From Patellaria atrata CBS 101060 (lineage: Eukaryota): DNA of 64,000 bases. Shown here one piece after another: positions 35,847 through 50,466 of the stretch. The translations under genes were made by a program, and so were the position numbers. Location: assembly GCA_010093705.1 (NCBI GenBank), contig MU006114.1:186001-250000 (forward strand), read 5' to 3'. Position 1 is the stretch's first letter. The number at the start of each line of letters is the position of its first letter. Under the pieces are notes generated by a model that saw nothing but the letters and a program-made list of their open reading frames with translations, was not told the origin of the DNA and did not search any database.

Positions 35847-38301
35847 TTACCTATCGGCAACAATAGCTCTTGCTCTTTGTCGTTCGCTCTTATCAAGTAC
35901 CCAAGCCATCCCACTTTCTCCTCTACTTTCTTCCTCCTCTATCTCCTCCCACTCCTCATCGTCCATATTAATTATCAGCGTCATCTGAGTGCACTTCGCG
36001 AATGCATCTCTTAAGCCATACTTACCACCTGCCACCGCTGCGTTAACGATTCCTGCGATATCACGTTCCAGTCTTACAGCTCCAAGCTCGTTGACCTTTC
36101 CATAGAAACCCCAGATTCTCTTTTCCATGGCCTTACTCAGGTACGATACCGCGGCCGTGAGCAAGCGATCGAAGTTTCGATCAGTTAGAATCCGCTTAAT
36201 TGGCCGTGTGAGTGCACCCCAACCGCGATCAAACCTGCTTTTCACAAGATCGTCTGCGAGATTATCATCGATCCCATCTTCATCGCCATCTCTAGTGAGA
36301 GCTACGATATCATCTGAAGTTAGAGCGTAGTCAATGTCGCGGAAGGTCTCAGTCAATATGGGCCTGATGCGAGGTTTCATGACTTGGTGGAATGTGACTG
36401 AAACGCTTTCATTTAGGAGCTCTATTGTTTTGGACTCGAAGCCGTGGAGCATGGATTTGAGTGCATTTTCGACGAATGTAGCATCGTGAGCGAAAGGAAA
36501 GAGGTCTGCTAATTGGGTTGATGATGCTGATTCCGTTGGCTGGTCCGGTTGACCAAGCTGAGATTCGATGATGCGTTTAATATAGTCGTTTGAGACGTCT
36601 AGATTGTTCATAAGGACCAAAAAGGCGATAATCTTGTCCTCGGGGGGTAGGGCGCCTTGAATTGCGGCTTTTGGGTAACTCTCATCCCTCATCTTTCGTT
36701 GAATCATACCAACAAAGTCGGAGCCAAGGACTCGGCCAATTGCTGGCACAACGCTAGCGATAACTAGACGTTGAGAGGTTGCGATGGATCGTTGAAGAAT
36801 TTGATTGACAATGTACATCACATCATCCACTGAGGAGGTGATAAAAGGGGAATTAGCTCCCAAAGGCTTATTAGGATTTAGTGTTAAGTCTGATGGTGGT
36901 TCATCCAGCTGGAAGGCTTTCTCCACCGATCGGCGGAAGAAGAAGGTAGTCATGATATTGAAAGGTTCGATAAGGTGACTTGATATTTTTTTCATGAGCG
37001 TGCTGTTAGAAAGATACGTAGGCATAATCAATGGTGAAGTATCGCCATCTACGGAACCGTCTACAGAAAGTGGCTGCTAACATTAGCGTTTGTTATTGGA
37101 CTGTATCAGGTGATACCCTTACCGTGTTCTTAGAGGCAAGAAAGCGAGTATACAGCGCCCATCTCCCTAACATTATGGCCTCCTCTCCAAGGAGACCATC
37201 GACTTCTTTCATATCCACGCCCTCGTCCTCATTTGGCTGGCCTGCCGAGCCATCCTGCTTGAACGGAGAACCGGTCCTCTGAGTACCTCCAGCACCCCTT
37301 GGAGTTGAAAGAAAACTCTGGACTAGAAATGAAAACGCATATGACTTGATGTCAGTCAATTTCCTATCCACCGTTCGCTCATCGTACCATGTGTCAAGCA
37401 CGATACCACCTTGAACGTCAGCTTCAATTTGAAGCCGCTCTATGACCTTGACCATAGTGCCTGTGCCATAGTGATGTTCTACTAATGGTTGATGACCATC
37501 AACAATTTGTGCAATGTGCTCGAAGAGCTTAGTGAGTGCATTTGCATAGAAGAGGCCTTCCCTGGTTCCTCCGGCGCTTGAAAGGTTTGTTCGTGCTCGA
37601 GATGCTACACCGTGACAGACATAACGTCCATATGCATCAAGACCTACATCTGATCTTCCGATCAAGGGAAATAGTTTGAAGAACCTTGTCACTCGAGAAC
37701 CGTCTGCCTCTTTAGCAGCTTTTTCGAACTCTCGAAGAAATAGACCACATAGAGATTCTGCTGCCGTGTCTAAGGTTACCCTTGGAGGATCCGGGACCTC
37801 TGCAGTCGGTACAATCTCTTCAGAAAAGCTGCTATTGATGACCTCTGCTGGTATTTTCGAAGCACGACCAAGGTAACTTGCTGCGGTTTCCCAGTCTTGC
37901 GGTCCACCCATAGAGCCGTGAACGCCTAATACGCAAGCTTTTAACTCGGCGACCTGTTCAACGACATCTAAAGTAGCTTTTACATTGGACTGTTCTAGGT
38001 CTAGTCTCTTCACGGCGCGAGAGAGTCTTCTAGCAGTCGAGGCAGCATCAGATAGCATGCCATTGCTGATAGCTCGTGTAGTCACAAGCTGAGATCCTAG
38101 GTGTGCACGCAGAAGATCCAGTCGTCCAAGTTCACGAGAGAGATCTTTTTGAGAAGCTATCAAAGCATCCAGTCGATCTGTCACTGCGGCCTCCTGGCGG
38201 TTGAGATGAGCGAGGGACCGTTGTATTTCCGCCACGGAGGTGGCATTGTATATATCGGGACCTGCATGATTGTTTGCCTCATGGATCAAATGGTTCTCCA
38301 T
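35847..38301 (-). CDS. COG4: Conserved oligomeric Golgi complex subunit 4 (exons 38301-37123, 37073 or 37076-35847)
   Basis: RVTRFFKLFPLIG, FFFRRSVEKAFQLDE, ITSSVDDVMYIV, NELGAVRLERDI motifs. Confidence 0.93.
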
Positions 38302-39300
38302 GCTCCATTATGGCCTTTAGCACGATATACAGTACCAGATTGAATTTTACAGAGCGGCGATGTTGTCGTGGGCGAAGTTCTCGATTAGGTGAAGTGTGGC
38401 CGTCAATTTGGCTATCGCTGCTCTTTGCGTCTTTTCGGCTGATAGTTGCCCTGGTGTGTTCTGGCTTGGCTGATGTCTTGCGCATGGCTCCCCTTTTGGC
38501 CCCACGGAAGCCTGGATTACCAGGTTTGGCACGTCTGGCAGAGGTCGCATGGGAACATGATGGGACAAAAACCAAACATCAACTTCCGCACCTGCGAAAC
38601 ACCTATTGACTCGTATCCATACTGAAGAAATTACAACAAGCGCCCAGCTCCGGCTTTTACTATTCTCTCAATCATTTCGATCTTTTCCCAAATTCCAGTA
38701 TACCATCCCAAGGGACGCACAGCGGCACAGTAAGTTACCACCTTCCCGCTCCACTCTACTGTAAGCTGCATCCAAGCTGCACTTCGCCTTCTAGACGCTC
38801 CATTTCAAGCCCCCGAACACAATTCGAATACTCTCTACAGTCCCGATTAACATTAGATAGATATAACATCCTTACCCGAGTTCTCAATTACGACGACTCA
38901 CGAACCGGGACTCACAATTGTTCACAAGCATACTCCACATTGACTGCACTGCCCTTTTCGTACGCCATCCTACACGAGTAGCATTAGTTTGAGCCGTCTC
39001 AGACACTTTGTTCAGCGGCACGTTCTACACATACGACAACGAGCCACACCCAACACCGCAGGGTCCTTCGAGTTCGCTGAGTCTTCAGAATATCTGTCGA
39101 TACTGCTGCATCTCTAGAACTCATGCCGCCGCCACGGATACGATATCCTTAGACCCTCTCCTTTCCTCCTTGACCCCCACTCGTTCCTCACAGTCTTATG
39201 CGTTTGCTGGTATTAGTGAATAATTATAGTACCTCACTTGGTATTGAAAGAGACGGAGGGAGAATCAGTTCTGTAGTGAGCAGGGAGCCCGGTTGTAAAC

Positions 39301-41496
39301 ATGGACTCTGATAGTGACGTGATCGTGACAGCCCATCAACTCTATGAACGCTCTGGAGGGGCTCTCGGGGACCCTCAATCACGACCGCCGGTTTTCAAGA
39401 TTGTTGGAATCATCCTTGCAATCTCTTCTGGCCTGTTCATCGGTGTTTCCTTCGTTTTGAAAAAGCACGGACTCCTAAAGGCGAACGTCAAGTACAATGA
39501 AGAAGCTGGAGAAGGCTACGGATATCTCAAAAATGTTTGGTGGTGGACTGGTATGACACTCATGATTATCGGAGAAATCTGCAACTTTGCAGCGTATGCC
39601 TTTGTGGACGCCATTCTTGTCACACCCATGGGGGCCCTCTCCGTCGTGGTAACAGCAATCCTATCTTCCATATTTCTCAAAGAACGTCTCAGTTTCGTTG
39701 GTTGGGTTGGCTGCGTGAACTGCATTATTGGCTCTGTAGTCATTGCCGTCAATGCTCCAGAACAGTCTGCAGTTGCGACTATACAGGACATGAAAGACCA
39801 CGTTATCGCACCTGGATTCTTATCCTACACCGGTGTGGTTATCGTTGGCTCCGCAATCGTCGCTCTTTACCTAGGACCGAAATATGGTAAAAAGTCCATG
39901 TTCGTTTATATCAGCGTCTGTAGTTTCATTGGTGGTTTGAGCGTCGTCGCAACCCAAGGGCTGGGTGCCGCTCTCATTACTCAGATCGGCGGTACTCCAC
40001 AGTTCAATCAATGGTTCACATACTTTCTCCTGGTGTTTGTGATAATCACACTGCTGGTAGAAATAGTCTATCTCAACGTAAGTACTCTGAACTTCTCCTT
40101 ACCCCTTCAACGACGCTAACTGCTATACCTTCAGAAAGCACTTAATATTTTCAATGCAGCCTTGGTCACCCCTACTTACTATGTCATCTTCACAAGTTGT
40201 ACCATAGTCACGTCAGCCATTCTCTTCCAAGGTTTCAAAGGCACCGCAATGTCTATATTGACCGTAATCTTGGGTTTCCTTCAAATCTGCACAGGAGTTG
40301 TCCTTCTTCAGCTCTCCAAATCTTCCAAGGATGTACCCGACACTGTAGTATTTAGCGGAGAACTCGATCAAGTGAGGACAGTAGCTGAACAGAAAGAGCC
40401 CGAATACGAACCTAGAGCGGATACTATCCGTGGAGGTGCTTCGCTACTTCGGTCGATCTCTCGAGTACGGTCACAGCGGGTAGTCGAAGAAGCGAAAACG
40501 ATTCAAGAAGAGCGTCTAGTGCCGGTGGGTGAGAATGAAGTAGTAGAATGGGATGGACTCAGAAGACGCACCACAGTCCTTGAACCGGGGAACCCGTCAC
40601 TTCGCAAAAGACAAAAATCATTACATCCACCACTAGGCATGTCCGAATTCCCGAGTGACGGCGATAGTTTACGAAGTGATGATGGCGATAGTCTTCACCC
40701 GGGTTTCTTCTCCAGGTTAAGTTTTAGGCGAAGGGCTCATAGTGAACTATCGGAACACTCTCCCGGAGCTCCTGTTCCGCTGAAGGGTATGTCTGCGGTA
40801 TCAAGGGACAAGAGTTTACCACCTTCGCCACACGAAGGTCTAGAACATGCACGTTCTCATATCTTTGGACTTCCCTCTCCTCTTTCAAAAGAGCACAATG
40901 AAGATACAGCCTACAAATCCCAGAGTTCGTCACAGATTCAGTGGGCTGAAGAGGTGGGGGACGAGACACCCAAATCTCGAGGGAGTCTAGCCCCTCCAAA
41001 ACCTCCTCCCCATACCGCAAGGCGGCAATTCTCGTTTCAAAATGTTTTTGGTAGGAGTCGACGAGAGGAAGAGTCTCGTGATGGCGAATCTTCCCGTCCC
41101 TCTTCTCGCCCTGCCCTCAGTTTTCACTCCAGGAAACATAGTCACCACTCTCAACGTGGTGGAGATGGAGCGACAGAAGAGGAGCGCTTAGGTTTGGTGA
41201 AAGGAGACTCTTCCCATGCGCTTCCACTCCCAGAATACACTACGTCTCCGCCGGAGTATTCCGATACAGACGATGATTATCAAGCAGCGGGCTCCAGGAG
41301 GAATGATGAAATTCGTGTCATATCCCCTGGTGGTGGGAGCTCAGCGGCGGCAATAGATCGATCACAGCTCCCACAGTTCAACCTTGAGCCTCGTAGGCGC
41401 AAGGATCATGATGACGATGACGATGATGACCGTTACGATTCACCAGACGCAAAGGAGTTTGAGGGGAAGAGTGGAGGAGGTGGTGCTTTCGTGTAA
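39301..41496 (+). CDS. NIPA/DUF803 magnesium-transporter-like membrane protein (exons 39301-40077, 40135-41496)
   Basis: WWTGMTLMIIGEICNFAAYAFVDAILVTPMGALSVV, YLNKALNIFN, VTPTYYV; multiple TM helices and a long disordered tail. Confidence 0.92.
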
Positions 41497-42637
41497 TGTA
41501 CGTTAGAATACTTACAGGAGCTTTTTGGATCATCTTGGATGTTTACTCGGACTTTCTATTGTATTAAGATACCTCCATCGGGATGGTGGGAATTAGCATG
41601 GCGCATCGAGTATATATATCTGAAATGATGTTTCATTATTGTACAATCAAGTACACTTTTATGTCATCTGTGAGAACTGCTTCCTCTTACACCAGGTATT
41701 ACCTTCCTATAAAATTTTAAAAGAGTACCGCTGTCGAGAACTTTCCTAAAGTATCTGTGTAAGTCACGTGTGGCTTAGCAAAACATCTTAAAGAAGTGAG
41801 AACAGCAAACCCATACCGTCAAACACCAACTCTCAACATACCATCCAACACTTTGGCCAAGAAAGTTGTTTTCGTGATTGATCCCTTTCCACGAGTTGTC
41901 CGCGCATAGCTGTAGAGGTCTTTCTTGGCATACTCTTATTTTTGTCTTCCAGTTCTGTTCGTGGCAAAGGGGCCGATGATATGAAACACTTTGGAGAACC
42001 AAATCGTATCATGTACATTCCTTCCCGTCTTTTCAGGAAGGCGATCATATGAGCCCCATAGTTGAATACGAAAAACAATCTCTCCGGATTTCAGACTGTG
42101 TTTACTAAGTCGAAATCCCCAGTTCGGGAGGTTTGCAACGATTCTCAGCTGTTTACCCTACGTTCCTCTGATGGTTTCATTATGGACCCGGAATGATTTT
42201 GAGACGAGAAACTTGTAAATTACTAGTTTCTATCCTCTGAAAATTCCTTACTTGACATGAATACAGTCGAATAGCTTGACGATTTTCCAAAGACTGCAAG
42301 TCTTTCGACCCCACAACCGAAGCCGCAACCCGAGCCACTGCAATATTCCCACTGTTTCGAATCCAATGTGTATTGAATCGATAGCCTGGGCAATAACAAT
42401 GGCCATTTGCTTGAGACTACCATGTCCGTGTCGTCCTGCAAGGCTGTAACCCTCCGCAGTAGCGGCGATTCCATTATAATGTGGGCTTTATCTGCCTTTT
42501 ATTCCTCTCAGCCTCTAGAAGTATCCCAGGTATTTTCACAATTTGTACGCATTCGTTTCTTTATAGTCACTGCGTGACCCCTTTAATACCTTCCTTTCTT
42601 TTTGCTTTCTTTCTTTATTGTTACATAGGTCGACAGA

Positions 42638-45300
42638 ATGCATTTCCTCCTCCCTAGTCAATTACTCGCGTTATCATTTTCTATACTCACTACAATCGCT
42701 CTTTCACACAAAAGTCATGACGTTCGCAGTATGCCGCACAAACAATTACATGCTGCAACAAGACATCTGGAATTGAAATCTAGGAACAATGATATTAAAC
42801 TCTGTCACACTGCGGAGCTCGTATATGCAGAATGTAAGAAACAACTGAACTACTTACATCTATGGTGCTAAAGGATATCCATAGCCGAGAATAGCAAATA
42901 TAGGGGTTCAACATTTACTTCGCGAGTAAAAGCCGTCTCGGATACTCCCATACTAGTATTGGAGGAAAACGAACATCTTCTCACCGATATTAGCTGCGTT
43001 CGTTCTACTATTAGACTTGGCGTCACGTCTTGGACACGTCATGTTGAGACGGTAAAGGCTTGTAGCCAACCTGAAGGTTGTTTGGTCGTTACTTCGCACA
43101 TAGGTTGTAACGATGACGGGGAACGTGGACTTTATAGGTAAGTACAACTCTATCTCATTTCTTACTGCTCGTCCGGAGGCTAATCTAGCGTAGGGTTCAA
43201 GGGATCAATTACCGGAAAGCAGATTCTACCGTCATTCTCAATGTTGAACGGGTGTCGTGGAAGAAATCATTCCGATCATTCAATATCGATTTTGGATACA
43301 CCGAGAACGAGCACATTTTACGTCACCATTTCCCTCAGATTGATACCAGACAAGCTCTACCACCAGTTAATCCGGAAAGTATAGACCCTTCAACTTTTCC
43401 ACTGCCCACAGATACACCTGAGGCAGATTCAGCAACCGTTGATCTCAGTTTCCAAGTGCTTGACATCGACTTTGTTCCATCTATACTTGGAGACATCCCG
43501 TTCGAAATAGGATGCAAAAATTGTACAACCTCGGGGTCTGTGACACTGTCCAGTGGCGAGTTCGATATAACCCCAGAGTTCTCTTTCGGCAACCTAGATC
43601 AAGGGATTGACTTTATCCAAGGCGGGTTTGTCGAGCTTACAGTAGACTCCTTCGCCGCCCGCATCGAGCTCGAAGCTTCACCGGTCGCCTCTGTTGCTTT
43701 TGCCCAAGAACTGATTGTTCTTCCCATCGTCGGCTTCGTCATCCCTGGTATTGGTCAAGCTGGGATTACATTTGCGCCACAAATTTCAGGCTCATTTGAG
43801 CTGGATGGCTGCATAGACATCACTTATGGATTCGAACTTGAAGTACCAGACGGGTCGAGTGTCAGACTTGACCTAGCCGATTTATCAAACAGTGGCACCA
43901 CTGGTTTTGAAAACACCAGGCTTGCCTCTCTTCCGTTTGATGCTGATTTTGGCATCGATTCTCTAACCCTTACTACCGCTTTCCAACCTCGAATTCCGGT
44001 CGGATTCAGTTTCTTAGATGACGCACTTGTTGCTGAGGTTGCTGTTGTGGTCGATCTTCCTTCATTCGCTGTCACTCTCACTCCTCTCACTGGTGTTGAT
44101 GATCAATGTCAGCCTCTGGCCGGTGCTGAGGAGGCGACGGAAAATTTGGGTACTGGAACTAACCTCAAGATTGAACCAGCACTTGCAATCAACCTAGCTG
44201 TGGAAGCAGAGCTTGCTGCTGTAATCCCTGGTCTTCCCGATGCCGCATTCGCTACTGCGGTCACTCTACTCAGTACAACCTTCGCTTTACCGACGGCTTG
44301 TGTACCTATCGATATCGTTGCTCCGAGTTGCACACCTCTACCAGGTGGAAATCTCACTGAAATTGTCCCAACCGGAACTGGTTTCATCCCATCAGGTGTT
44401 GCACCGCCTTCTGGGATCTTAGCACCCACTGGGTATATCCCGCCACCGAGACCAACGGAAATCTCCTGGAATGCCACGGTGATTGTTGATGTAGAGAACA
44501 ACCGTGTCAAGACGGCCTGGATTATTGAAACTGGTGCTCTTCCTCCAGCAGCTACCGAAGTACCCGCTCCAAGTGTCACTGAGGTCGTTACTATGGTGAT
44601 TTCTGTAGGTGTCGACGACTCCGGTGTGCCAATCATGTCTACAATCACTATGGATGCTTCCGAACCCGAGGCAACCGAATCCACCGATTCAACTGGTTCA
44701 GCCGACACAAATGAATCAAGTAACTCCAGTGGTTCAAATGATTCAACCGACTCATTCCATTCTACCGACTCAACCGACTCAATAGAAGGAATTCCAGGTG
44801 ATAGTTCATCGCCCTTAGAATCCATCCAGTATAATCCTTATATGCCATACACCGGCTCAGTGAGACCTACCCTGACCATCCAAACACCAATACCCTACGT
44901 ATGGACACCTCCAGCACAAGTACAACCAAGCGCAGCGGACGACTTCTCGATATTACCCTACGTCCCATCATTAGCCACTGATATTCCAAGCCCACCTGTC
45001 GAGTTCCCCGTGGAAGGTGATCCGACACCTGGCACCGAATATCCCATAGAGGTCTCAATTCCAACTAATCCAATTACGGTAACCGAAGTAACCAATATCA
45101 TGCCGACCGGGGCGCCGACTTTCGTCTATAATACTGGCAACGGGACCTTCCTCAATCCTACGGGTTCAGTCATCACTCGCACTGTTCCGGTCGTCACCTC
45201 AATTGTGCCTTTCGAGGGCTCGGCGTCTTCGACCCAGTCGTTTGAAGGGCTGGCGCTGTCGTTCTTGGGATTCGTTGCGGGCATCATGGCGTTCTTGTAG
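42638..45300 (+). CDS. Secreted, probably GPI-anchored Ser/Thr/Pro-rich cell-surface protein (exons 42638-42833, 42885-43137, 43194-45300)
   Basis: Signal peptide; beta-rich Cys-containing domain (IGCKNCTTSG); S/T/P stalk; small-residue site followed by hydrophobic C-terminus LALSFLGFVAGIMAFL. Confidence 0.85.
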
Positions 45301-45568
45301 ACAGGTCAACGGCTTAACGGGGGGAGCATGTAATGGAGCGGAAAATTTGTTTAGCATTTCGTATAGCATGGTTTGAAGGAAGGATTGAGATTAATGTACA
45401 GCTACGGCAGGCTTGAATGATACCCACGTATATAATTTGTATTTACTATTAGACGACCCATCACGTCTTGACGACACCACACCACAAAAAATTCAATCAC
45501 TCTTTACAATTCTTTCTATATTCCCCCCTCCCTAAATTCTACGGTCTTGAGCAGTGTATAGCTCTCTA

Positions 45569-48203
45569 CTATATCTCCCCCCGTAGCTCTCTTAGCCGCG
45601 GACTCACCGCCTCCGCACTCCTCAACGTCAGTCCAGCCGCCCTCTGCGCGACCCCAAGAACGTCCTCGACCTCGCGTCCGGCGACCAATCCCGCAACCAC
45701 GGCGCCGAGAAACGTATCCCCGACACCGTTCACGCTCACGACGTCTTCCTGCGCGATCGTCTCCGGGACAGGGAAGAGCCGCATATACACGCCTCCTACG
45801 CCCTGCTCCCCACCCCCGCCGTCATTCCTACTTACAACCCACCGCTGCGCCTCCGGATCGCGCAGCAGCGCCGAAGAGGACGGCAAGAGCATCGTCAGGA
45901 GCACGCCCTCAGCGCCCAGTTTAACGAGAACGGTGGGGCAGAACGGCAAGAGCTGGACGCTCATCTGCGGGACGCCCTTATCCACCAACTCGGCGCCGGC
46001 GATGGCGGAGAAAGCGGCGCGTGCGCCTGTGGAGGGGATGTTAAGGCTGTTGATGAGGTTCCACCAGGGGGTTTGGGAGAGGAGGCCGGACTGCTGTGCG
46101 TGAGCGTGGAGGGCGTGAAGTTCGTGCGTGTTGGGGGTTATGAGGTTGACTAGGTTGTTTGGGAAGGTTGGGAAGGCGGATTGGCTGTTGGCAGGGGGAG
46201 GGGAGAACAGACGGGTGGATTTGGCCGCAGAGACAGGCTCGAATGCAACTGGGATTCTGAGCGTGCGGGCGGCGCGCAGCCAGGCGTGGAGGGTGACGGG
46301 ATCCCAGTTTGCGTCTAGGACGAGGTGGGTAGGGTTTGCTTGCGCCAGGAGCGGGAGGTATGTTGAGTCGAAATCGGTGTGTGGGGTTTCGAGGATACTC
46401 ATGTCTGCCATTCCAAGGTGGAGGTCTTTAGTTGTTGTGTTGATGGCTATGTATTGAGCGGTTCGGCTGCCGGAGGATGGTAGGGTTTGGATGGAACTTG
46501 TGTCTAGCCCTTCGGTCCGTAGTTGGGCCAGCGCTGCTTTCCCGCTCAGATCGTCGCCGACGGCACTGCAGAGGCGGACGGAGCTGCCGAGGAGATTGAG
46601 GGCTTTTGCGACGTTGTGGCCGACACCGCCGAGGGTTTGGGTTATTCTGGCTGGGTTCGAGGTGTGCAGAATGGGGGACGTGGAGGGGCGCCCAGGGAGG
46701 GGAGTGAAGTCACAGGAGAAGTCGATAGCAAGGGCCCCGGCGACAAGAATGTCTACCGGAGATTGCATTTCTGGGATGTTTTCGTTTCCAGGGGATACGG
46801 AAGGTACGGCATCACTTGTTTGGGGTCCGGCGCTGGTATTGGCTTGTGATGCCACTGTCATGGCGGGATATACTCTATCTACACTATATACATCTCCATC
46901 AGCTCCTGACATAACTTCATAAATCGTAAAAATTCTCACTGAGGACCTCCTTCAATAGCTTCAGCAAATTCTAGTCGTCTAAGTTCTTTCGCTACCATAG
47001 TCCCTCGTTTAACGTTGTTTTCTATCAAAGCTCGGTTTGCGGGTATACTCTTGCCTCCTGTCAATTCCTTTATCTTAGCTAGAACAAATGGAGTGTTGTC
47101 CTTTCCTGTAGCACCGGCATCGTAAGCTTCTTTAATAGCTTTCTTTATCACGGAATCCATCTCTGCTTTCGGGATCGAGACAGCTTCCGGGATGGGATTC
47201 GCGAGTAACAGCCCCGAGTGTATCGGAAATGAGAATTGGGCGTCTGGCGTAGAGTTAGCACTCGGGGGTGGAAGAAAGTGTCATTTACTCTTCTCCTGAA
47301 AAACTTACGAATTATGGCTGCTGCCGCTTTCTCGTCTGAAATAGTCAATGGACTAATCACACCGCTATCCCTTGACCAAAACCCAGGAAAGTCAACTTTG
47401 CCTTCCCTACCATCTGCAAAAGTGGCTACTCCAACACCCTGAGTTTCGAGATATTCCAAAGTCCTCGGAACGTCTAAAAAGCTCTTACATCCACTACTTA
47501 TCACAGCAACCGGCGTTCTCCCGAGTTCCGTTAAATCTGCAGAGATATCCATACTCGACTCAGCTCCCCTATGCACACCCCCTAAGCCACCAGTCGCAAA
47601 TACCTTGATCCCAGCAAGATGCGCCAACAACATCGTCCCCGCAATCGTCGTGCCACCGCTGAACTTCTTGCCGGTGAGTCTCTAACGAACACGGCGAAGT
47701 CAGACTCTGGACATACATAGTAGATGGTATATGCTATGAGCGCTCATACCATGCCGCAGGCGTACGCCAGATCCCGCCTGGAGAGCTTAAGTGTGTTTTC
47801 TTTCCCGGACGATTGAGTGAGGCGGATGAGCTGGTCGGACGTCATGCCTACGTGTGCAACGCCGTCAAGAATCCCGATTGTCGCGGGGACGCCGCCGTTG
47901 ACGCGGACGATGGATTCGAGGTGGGATGCTAGGGCTACATTATCGGGGTATGGGAAGCCTAGTATAGATTAAGACGGGTTTCCTTATAAACAGGGTAATA
48001 TATGCCGTACCATGAGTGTAGATAGTAGTCTCAAGAGCTACTACAGGCTTCCGAGTTTGCAGTGCTTCTCTAACCTCGCCTGAGATCTTGAAGAAGCTAT
48101 TATCGGAGCTGATCGCGTGCCTGAAACGGCGCGAAGGGGCTCTAATACATTTTCGAGGTATAGAATGCCGTATATAAGGTGATACGGCTTCGGGAAATGC
48201 CAT
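45569..48203 (-). CDS. Bifunctional pseudouridine-5'-phosphate glycosidase (PsuG/IndA) + PfkB-family kinase (exons 48203-48011, 47958-47750, 47681-47309, 47243-46940, 46883-45569)
   Basis: [46 protein letters not shown] (PsuG); [29 protein letters not shown] (PfkB). Confidence 0.93.
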
Positions 48204-48486
48204 TGTAAATATACTGTACCTCAACAATGTTGGGAGCAGATAATATGCTTCGAGCTCTCGTCTGATGATTGTAAAAGTAAAGTTGCGGGGCGGAGCGGAA
48301 TAGCTCCCAAATCTTGGCAGAGTGGAACCGAACGAGCCACGACGCATCAAGCAACAGTTCAGTCTAGAGAGTCCAAAAAGTTAAACAACCTTCCAAACTG
48401 CACCACCACGCTTCCCCTGGATCTTGTGAACCAGCAATTGCTGGGTTTACCAATTTCTCTCACATGACCGCAGACGTTTTCGCACG

Positions 48487-50125
48487 ATGAGGTCTCCCAC
48501 TCTGGTACTGAGCTGTTTAGCAGCTCTAACCTCTACGGTATGTGCTGCTGAGCGCAACAGCACAATGCCGTTCCCCGCCAAACACTTCGTCGACGTCCAA
48601 TTTACGCCGCCGGAGGTATTTGAGCATAAAAATCTAGTGCGGAATATCAATTTGGACAAAGAGTACCCCCGAGAGATAATCAATGCGATCGTTGAGAATG
48701 TTTCCCAAGAGCCACAGGACGAGTACTGGATACCCTTCCGAGCGAATATCATAGACAATGTGGGAGGTTTAGAAGTCAAAGATAAAAAGGACCCAAGCAA
48801 AGGTGCATTCCCTTATGAGTACTTCGGTCTGGCCCCCGAAATCAAAGCGTAAGCACCGTTCAACACCCTCACCATTCCCGTCCCATCTCCACTCAGAATA
48901 GCACCTTACCTATACACAGTCACACCGAATGGTTTCGCGTAAAACTCCCCACACCTCTCGCACCCGGCTCCCAGCAAACCCTCAGCATCTCCTATTCGAT
49001 CCTCTCCTCCCTGACCCCCGTCCCCTCCACAATCGCCCAAACCGACAAACAATATGTGCGCTTCGAATTCTCCCCATACGCACCCTCATCCTACAAAACC
49101 CACCGCCAAAAGACCAAAGTCAAGTTCCCCTCCAACGACGTGCCCGACTACACCATCCTTCCCGCGCCGAACGCAGACAACCAAGAAGACCCACAAAGAC
49201 AAGGCAGCACATTCACCTACGGCCCGTACGGCGAGGTCCCCGCGCTCCCCAGCGTCCCAATCCACGCCCGCTACGAGTTCACAAAGCCGTTAATCCACGC
49301 AGAGAGGCTAGAGCGCGACGTCGAAGTGAGCCACTGGGGCGGCAACCTCGCAACAGAAGAGCGGTACTGGCTCGTAAACCGCGGCGCGGCGCTCAAGAAC
49401 CACTTCAGCCGCGTATCGTGGCAGATGACATCGTACGCGAACCCGGCGACCTCCGCCTTGAAAGAACTCCGTATCCCACTCAAAGTCGGCGCCGCGAACG
49501 CTTACTTCATCGACGACATCGGCAACGTCTCCACCAGCAACTTCCGCGCCGATCGCCGCGAAGCTAATCTCGCCCTTCGACCCCGCTACCCCGTCTTCGG
49601 GCAGTGGAAGTATAAGTTCCGCGTCGGCTGGGACGCGGATCTGAGCGCGTATCTGCGGAAACTGAAAACGGGCGAGCGGTACATCCTCAAGATTCCGTTT
49701 CTCGAAGGGCCGAGCGCAAGAGAAGGGATCGAGTATAAAGAGGTGCAGATACGGGTTATATTGCCAGAAGGCGCGACGTAAGCCTCCCGATCAGCACAAC
49801 CCCTATCCCGTCCCAAATTCTGTTTCAAGCTAACCTGACAAAAAGCAATATCAACTTCAACTCCCCCCTCCCCATCGTCTCAAATACCACATCCCTCCAC
49901 CGCACTTTCCTCGACACGAAGGGCCGCTCCGTCCTCACCATCAACGCGAGAAACCTCGTCGACGATCTCAGGGATAGAGAGCTCATCGTCACGTACGATT
50001 ATCCCTGGACCGCCGCTTTCATGAAACCTCTTGGCATCTTCGCTGCCTTTTTGTCGCTTTTCGCAGCCATTTACGTCCTCAGCTCACTGGATGTGAGTAT
50101 CGCGAGTAGAAAGGTGAAGAGGTAG
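48487..50125 (+). CDS. OST1: Oligosaccharyltransferase alpha subunit / ribophorin I (exons 48487-48848, 48920-49777, 49846-50125)
   Basis: Signal peptide; ERDVEVSHWGGN, DDIGNVSTS, LRPRYPVFGQW, ILPEGA, TFLDTKGR; C-terminal TM helix. Confidence 0.96.
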
Positions 50126-50466
50126 GGAATAGAGGTGTATTGTACGATTTGCGTGAATTGTACTTAAGTTTAGAGTCTGAAAATTATGAACTTTTTTTTT
50201 TTTTGACGTGTTTTGAAAGGGGAAATCTGAGAACGTGAACATCGAGACCGATTTCTACTTGACGGATTCGTAAAATGCACCGGATCCCTCGGTCAGGAAG
50301 ACTGATGAATCGAAGTTTTAAACAAAAACGTAGGGTAAATACAACGATGCTCATATGTCCAAAATATACAGATGGTAGTCTAATCGAACACTGATCCCCC
50401 CATCTCCCTTATAAAGATCCCTTATCTCTCAAACCCATCCCGTCCCATCCCATCCCATCCCCACCA

